Shown: piece by piece, positions 59,749-64,000 of the stretch
Numbering within the stretch: the stretch's first letter is position 1
Layout of the letters: each line of letters opens with the position of its first letter
DNA from: Candidatus Aegiribacteria sp.
GTDB taxonomy: Bacteria > Planctomycetota > Phycisphaerae > Sedimentisphaerales > Anaerobacaceae
Direction of reading: 5' to 3'
Length of the DNA stretch: 64,000 bases
Assembly (NCBI GenBank): GCA_048635425.1
Contig: JAIVYN010000001.1
Location: forward strand, 2,532 to 66,531
The notes under the pieces: model-generated
Databases searched by the model: none
What the model was told of the DNA's origin: nothing
The model's input: only the letters and a program-made list of their open reading frames with translations
Position numbers and translations under genes: made by a program

Positions 59749-60777
59749 ATGCGTTATAGAGTGTTAATTCAGATGTTGTTTCTTGCAGGATTTGCCCATT
59801 CCGTTTACGCCGATGAAATTATTTTCAAGAATGGAGACCGTCTTACCGGCAAAATTGACCATGTTCTGGAAGGCAAGATGCTTTTCAAATCGGATGCTAT
59901 CGGCGATGTAACCATAGACATATCAAAGATAAAAACGTTCAGTACTGATGACCCGATAGCAGTGCATCTCAAGGATGAAAACGTTCTTTTACAAAAGATA
60001 GTAAGCTCGGAACCCGGCAAGTTCGGCATCGAAGGGGTTGGTACAGTAAAGGCTCAGGATTTTGATCTGGCTGAAATCTCTTCGATAAATCCCCCCCCGA
60101 AGCCCGATCCGAAGTGGACGGGAAATCTTTCAGCCGGGCTCACTTCTACTCACGGTAATACAAAAACTGAATCTATTAGTGGTAGTGTTAATCTCAGCAA
60201 AAGAACCGAAAATGACCGTACCCAGATAAGTGCAGATTATGCAAAAAGCAAACGGGAGGACCCGGATACAGGTGAAAAGGATACTACAGAGGATTGGTGG
60301 CGGTCAAAAGCGAAGTATGACTACTTCTTTACAAAAAAGCTGTATGGATATCTGGACGGCCGGTATGAAAAGGATGCTATTGCCCAACTTGACCGAAGGA
60401 TGATTGTTGGCGGCGGTGCCGGTTATCAATGGATTGAGTCGGAAGATTTGAATTTTTCGACCGAATTTGGTATGGCCTCTCTCTATGAGAAGTTTGATAA
60501 CCAGACCGACAGCAATAGTGAAGTGTCGATACAGGCAGGATATAATTTCGACAAGACGTTAATGAAGAACGTCAAGTTTATGCACGATCTGACATATTAT
60601 CCGAGTACGGAAAAGGTATCTGATTATTTTCTCACATCAACTGCCGAGCTTAGGGCCTATTTTACCAGCACAATGTTTACGACTTTTAAGGTTATCTTTG
60701 ATTACGATGCTACACCTGCTATTGGTTCTCACAAAACCGATACTAAGTACCTTTTCGGCGTAGGTTACAGCTTTTAA
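59749..60777 (+). CDS. DUF481 (YdiY-like) outer-membrane beta-barrel protein
   Basis: 342 aa with a signal peptide and N-terminal FKNGDRLTGKI motif. Alternating beta-strand pattern ending in ...GVGYSF. Confidence 0.75.
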   Translation: MRYRVLIQMLFLAGFAHSVYADEIIFKNGDRLTGKIDHVLEGKMLFKSDAIGDVTIDISKIKTFSTDDPIAVHLKDENVLLQKIVSSEPGKFGIEGVGTVKAQDFDLAEISSINPPPKPDPKWTGNLSAGLTSTHGNTKTESISGSVNLSKRTENDRTQISADYAKSKREDPDTGEKDTTEDWWRSKAKYDYFFTKKLYGYLDGRYEKDAIAQLDRRMIVGGGAGYQWIESEDLNFSTEFGMASLYEKFDNQTDSNSEVSIQAGYNFDKTLMKNVKFMHDLTYYPSTEKVSDYFLTSTAELRAYFTSTMFTTFKVIFDYDATPAIGSHKTDTKYLFGVGYSF

Positions 60778-60979
60778 GGTCAGGTTTCTTTTTCTGCAAG
60801 GTGCACAGCTATGTCAATTGATATCCAACGATTAGTCGGCTGTCGGGGCCTTTGGAATATGTGCTATTCTACGAAGAAACTCAATAAATGCTGAGATCGG
60901 ATTTCTGTAATACAACGATTAACAGGCATGTAAATATACGCTGGTTGATGGAGCGGAAATAATCAGGAAAGGTATTACA

Positions 60980-61627
60980 ATGAATAAAATCACGTTATCG
61001 ATATTTGTTGTCTCGGCGTTGGCCATAACAGGTTGTCGGAGCGTTTATTACAAAACAATGGAGGCGTTTGGCCAACACAAGCGAGATTTATTAGTGAATC
61101 GTGTTGAAGATGCCCGTGACGCTCAAGAGGACGCCAAGGAACAATTCCAATCAGCTCTGGAGAAGTTTAGTGCCGTTGTCGAGTTCAGTGGTGGTAAACT
61201 GGAAGAAAAGTACAAGCAACTCAAGAGCGAACTTGACAAAAGCCAGTCAAAAGCAAGGAGCGTGCGGAACCATATAGCCGGCGTTGAAAATGTTGCTAAG
61301 GATCTTTTCGATGAATGGGAATCCGAATTGGACCAATACGCCAGTAATGAGCTGCGTCGCTCAAGTGAGCAAAAACTTAAACAGACACGTCAGCGGTACT
61401 CACAGCTTATTACCGCAATGAAACGCGCAGAGAGCAAAATAGCACCTGTCCTTACTGCTTTCGGTGACCAGGTGCTGTATCTTAAACATAATCTCAATGC
61501 CCAGGCGATAGCATCATTACAAGATGAATTCGCTTCTGTAGAAGCGGATATTGCGACCCTTATTAAGGAAATGGAAGCCTCTATCGCAGAAGCTAATGCG
61601 TTTATCAAGGCGATGACCAAGGAATAA
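60980..61627 (+). CDS. DUF2959-like lipoprotein
   Basis: 215 aa with lipobox ITGC, then SVYYKTMEAFGQHKRDLLVNRVEDARDAQEDAKEQFQSALEKF, which matches the family N-terminus as I recall it. Confidence 0.7.
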   Translation: MNKITLSIFVVSALAITGCRSVYYKTMEAFGQHKRDLLVNRVEDARDAQEDAKEQFQSALEKFSAVVEFSGGKLEEKYKQLKSELDKSQSKARSVRNHIAGVENVAKDLFDEWESELDQYASNELRRSSEQKLKQTRQRYSQLITAMKRAESKIAPVLTAFGDQVLYLKHNLNAQAIASLQDEFASVEADIATLIKEMEASIAEANAFIKAMTKE

Positions 61628-61662
61628 AAATGGAAATAGTTGATTTTTAGGAGAATAGAACA

Positions 61663-62481
61663 ATGAAAAGTTTACGTAAAATCCTGCGTATCGTTTTACT
61701 TGCGATTGTAGTTTTGATTGTTTGTATTGTGGTTTTGATTCATCTTTTTGGTAACAGCCTTCTGAAAACAGGGATTGAAACTGCTGCAAGCAAAACACTA
61801 AATGTCGGCGTTAAAATAGACGACATGGACTTTTCAATTTTAGGAGGAAAAGTCAGCTTTCAGAATCTTGTAATCGACAATCCACCAGGCTACAAACATG
61901 AAAAGCTTCTTGAAGTAGGTGATGCTCGTGTTGCCGTTAGTACAGGCTCACTTTTGAAAGATACCGTCAATATAAAAGAAATTATGCTTGATAATGTTAA
62001 TGTTGTGCTTGAGCAAAGAGGGGTTACAAGTAACAATCTACAGGATGTTATCAAGTCAATTCCTAAAGAAGAGGAAGAGCCCGAAGACAAAACAAAGAAA
62101 GCCGCTAAAAAGCTTCACATAGACAATTTGGAACTTACCAATATCACAGTCAGGGCAAAGCTGTTACCTATTCCTGGTAAAGTAGATACCGTTACGCTGA
62201 AATTGGACCCTATTCGTATGACCGACTTGGGCAGCGATGATAAGCTGGATGTGGCTAAGTTATCAGGTAAAATTCTTTTGGCTATTGCCACGGGCGTGGC
62301 AAAACAGGGCGCCGGGCTTTTACCGGATGAGATGACAGACGCTATGAAAACAACTTTGGGCGTGACGGTAGAATTGGGAAAGACCGCTGCCGAAGGAGGT
62401 AAAAAGATTTTGGAAGAAGGAGCGGATGCGGGCAAGGGCCTGATAGAAGGCGTTAAGGGCTTATTCAAATCCAAGAAATAG
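61663..62481 (+). CDS. Membrane-anchored AsmA/DUF748-like protein (tentative)
   Basis: 272 aa. N-terminal TM helix, then a beta-rich region (VGVKIDDMDFSILGGKVSFQNLVIDNPPGY) resembling AsmA-family N-termini. Confidence 0.4.
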   Translation: MKSLRKILRIVLLAIVVLIVCIVVLIHLFGNSLLKTGIETAASKTLNVGVKIDDMDFSILGGKVSFQNLVIDNPPGYKHEKLLEVGDARVAVSTGSLLKDTVNIKEIMLDNVNVVLEQRGVTSNNLQDVIKSIPKEEEEPEDKTKKAAKKLHIDNLELTNITVRAKLLPIPGKVDTVTLKLDPIRMTDLGSDDKLDVAKLSGKILLAIATGVAKQGAGLLPDEMTDAMKTTLGVTVELGKTAAEGGKKILEEGADAGKGLIEGVKGLFKSKK

Positions 62482-62570
62482 AATGAAGAAACAGCTGGCT
62501 GAATATGTTGTGGATATCTGGAGACCCGGAACGTCCATGATTTTTTCAGAATGTTAGAGTGCGAGCTACA

Positions 62571-63347
62571 TCATTTTAATATCTTATTCATAATATTTCT
62601 GAATCTTGAGCTGCTAATCTGATGGTCGGCCAGCAGCCGGCCATTATAGATGACGGCAAATACTGCATACGGCGTAGGGGCATTTTGGGCTTGCCGGTAT
62701 GTATTGAGCTCTACTATTCGAGGTTTCAGTTTGTAAGTTCTCCGGGCCATATCAGCTATCTTATCAGCAAATCTGATGGTGTGGGGACATTGATTCGCGC
62801 GGATGATAGTAAGGCCCTTACCATACTTCTTCAATTTCTTATCCCAGTTATCTTTGAATTTAGGGTTTGGGGCGGACTTATTGAATTTCTTCACCAGCAG
62901 CTCGTAATCGGGCGGTGCAGTATCCACAACTTGAAAGCTGTTTTTCAAGTATATACTACTGTCAGCCAGCCAGGGTCTTTTTCGGGCAACTACGGCTACT
63001 CCTTTCGTCTTTGCTTTTTTAGCATCATCTATGCAGGCATTGATTAAAAGCTTGCCGTAGCCTTTCTTTTGATATTTCTTAAAATAAGTCCAAAGGCAGT
63101 GAATGAACATGTACCCGTCCGCCTCAACACCTCGCCATGCGTACTCACCTGGAAGGTATTCGATGTAACCGAATTGAATGTTCTTTTCTGTAAGAAGAAC
63201 TTTCGCTTTCACCCCTTTTTTGAAGTATGTTTTTAACCAGTTTGTTTTTCGTATACGCCCTTCATGCTCTGTGTTCTTGATTCCACAAATGGGCGATTCG
63301 TGAAGATTGTTTTGGGTAACCTCAATGACTTTTATTTTTTCAGCCAT
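62571..63347 (-). CDS. GNAT N-acetyltransferase with YoaP-like C-terminal domain
   Basis: 258 aa. GNAT core (YQKKGYGKLLINACIDDAKK), then a C-terminal NQCPH...YAVFAVIYNGRLLADH segment typical of YoaP-like domains. Confidence 0.75.
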   Translation of the reverse strand: MAEKIKVIEVTQNNLHESPICGIKNTEHEGRIRKTNWLKTYFKKGVKAKVLLTEKNIQFGYIEYLPGEYAWRGVEADGYMFIHCLWTYFKKYQKKGYGKLLINACIDDAKKAKTKGVAVVARKRPWLADSSIYLKNSFQVVDTAPPDYELLVKKFNKSAPNPKFKDNWDKKLKKYGKGLTIIRANQCPHTIRFADKIADMARRTYKLKPRIVELNTYRQAQNAPTPYAVFAVIYNGRLLADHQISSSRFRNIMNKILK

Positions 63348-63952
63348 AATTTGCTCCTTCTTTAAGTGTAAGGTTCTGCCTATTATTTCAATACAGAACA
63401 GAGTTAGCTGGAATTTCCTATTTGCGCGATATTATAGCCTGCTAAGCCCTCTGGCTTTATTAGATTACCAAATCCATATTAGCATTACAACTGCCACAAA
63501 ATGTGTGGTTGAACATTTTGCCCATAGCCCGTTGTGGCTCGACCCCTCGCCAAGGCACGGTAAATCGGGTCCTGAAAAAAACTCCCACAATCGCTATCAC
63601 TGGGGCAGCTATAATCACTAAGTGTCATTGACAGGTACCTTGCATTGCGATATAGCGCATTCTACGAATACCATTACTGTTCCAGATTCTTTAGTTAGTT
63701 ACTGTTTCCGCAAAAGAAACTAGTTATACATTTAGGGTACAGGTGTTTTCAGTTCAGCGAGTTGTATAGGCATAACAATTTGGGTATTTAAGAAGTTCCA
63801 CAATCTTTGGAACAAATATTGTATTTTTCGTTTTGTTGACATTTTGTGGCAATTTTGCAATACTTATTTGGTAAATATAAGACACATTACAAATGATAGA
63901 ATTTATTGAGTATGTAGCGTTAACAACGAAACAGTCAAAGAAAGGTACATAA

Positions 63953-64000
63953 ATGAAAAAACAGCATGCTTTTACCGCAATTATCGAGCACGAAAGTGAC
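63953..64000 (+). CDS. HicB-like / UPF0150 antitoxin, N-terminal fragment (runs off window end)
   Basis: Hand translation MKKQHAFTAIIEHESD..., the usual start of HicB-like proteins. Only 16 codons are visible. Confidence 0.4.
   Translation, partial: MKKQHAFTAIIEHESD

Noticed and set aside
1-64000. Prophage, IS element, integron or rRNA operon
   Set aside because: No integrase, transposase, capsid, terminase or rRNA-like sequence was recognised on either strand. The only mobile-looking items are the non-coding palindromic and repeat elements reported above.

Overview
This 64-kb chromosomal window is densely coding on both strands. All family calls come from motif recognition on the supplied translations or my own hand translation. 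No database search was possible.

The organism reads like a PVC-superphylum bacterium, Planctomycetota/Phycisphaerae-like and probably anaerobic. That is an inference from three tandem prepilin-like H-X9-DG genes, NifU/NifS as the Fe-S machinery, and a stripped-down dcw cluster with no ftsW/ftsQAZ or mur genes in view.

Gene content in order:
- xth (partial) and a GT4 glycosyltransferase fusion.
- An Rrf2-headed operon: cysK-cysE-nadA-metX::metW-metY-nifU-nifS.
- tRNA-Leu(CAA).
- An envelope cluster: two BamE-like lipoproteins, two DUF4097 proteins, a DUF4097 relic and a GC-richer HEXXH peptidase.
- proB and proA, then tRNA-Gly(UCC).
- mraZ-orf69-rsmH-LysM-ftsL-ftsI on the + strand, converging on mreB-mreC-mreD-mrdA on the - strand.
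- An MTase-lnt-HEAT operon and an MNT/HEPN pair.
- tig-clpP-clpP, then tRNA-Gly(GCC).
- pcm, an Mth938-like gene, an EamA transporter and tRNA-Ser(UGA).
- A PadR module, a GC-rich Tat lipoprotein, rpsU, hflX and an esterase.
- Three pseudopilin-like paralogs.
- An MscS/DUF481/DUF2959/AsmA-like envelope cluster, a GNAT-YoaP gene and a HicB-like start at the window end.

Most unusual signals:
1. Heptanucleotide-periodic tandem tracts, resembling cyanobacterial STRRs, fill many intergenic spacers and run into start and stop codons.
2. A ~200-250-nt palindromic word-repeat element occurs inside both peptidoglycan-morphogenesis operons, in the same orientation relative to transcription.
3. The slot after mrdA, where rodA normally sits, holds an AT-rich zinc-ribbon membrane protein that directly abuts the mrdA stop codon.
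4. The pseudopilin paralogs carry a leader with a promoter, a uORF and a hairpin that is more conserved than their coding sequence.
5. A lipoprotein gene has its start region and signal peptide written in heptamer repeats.

I saw no rRNA, CRISPR array, transposase, integrase or prophage genes.
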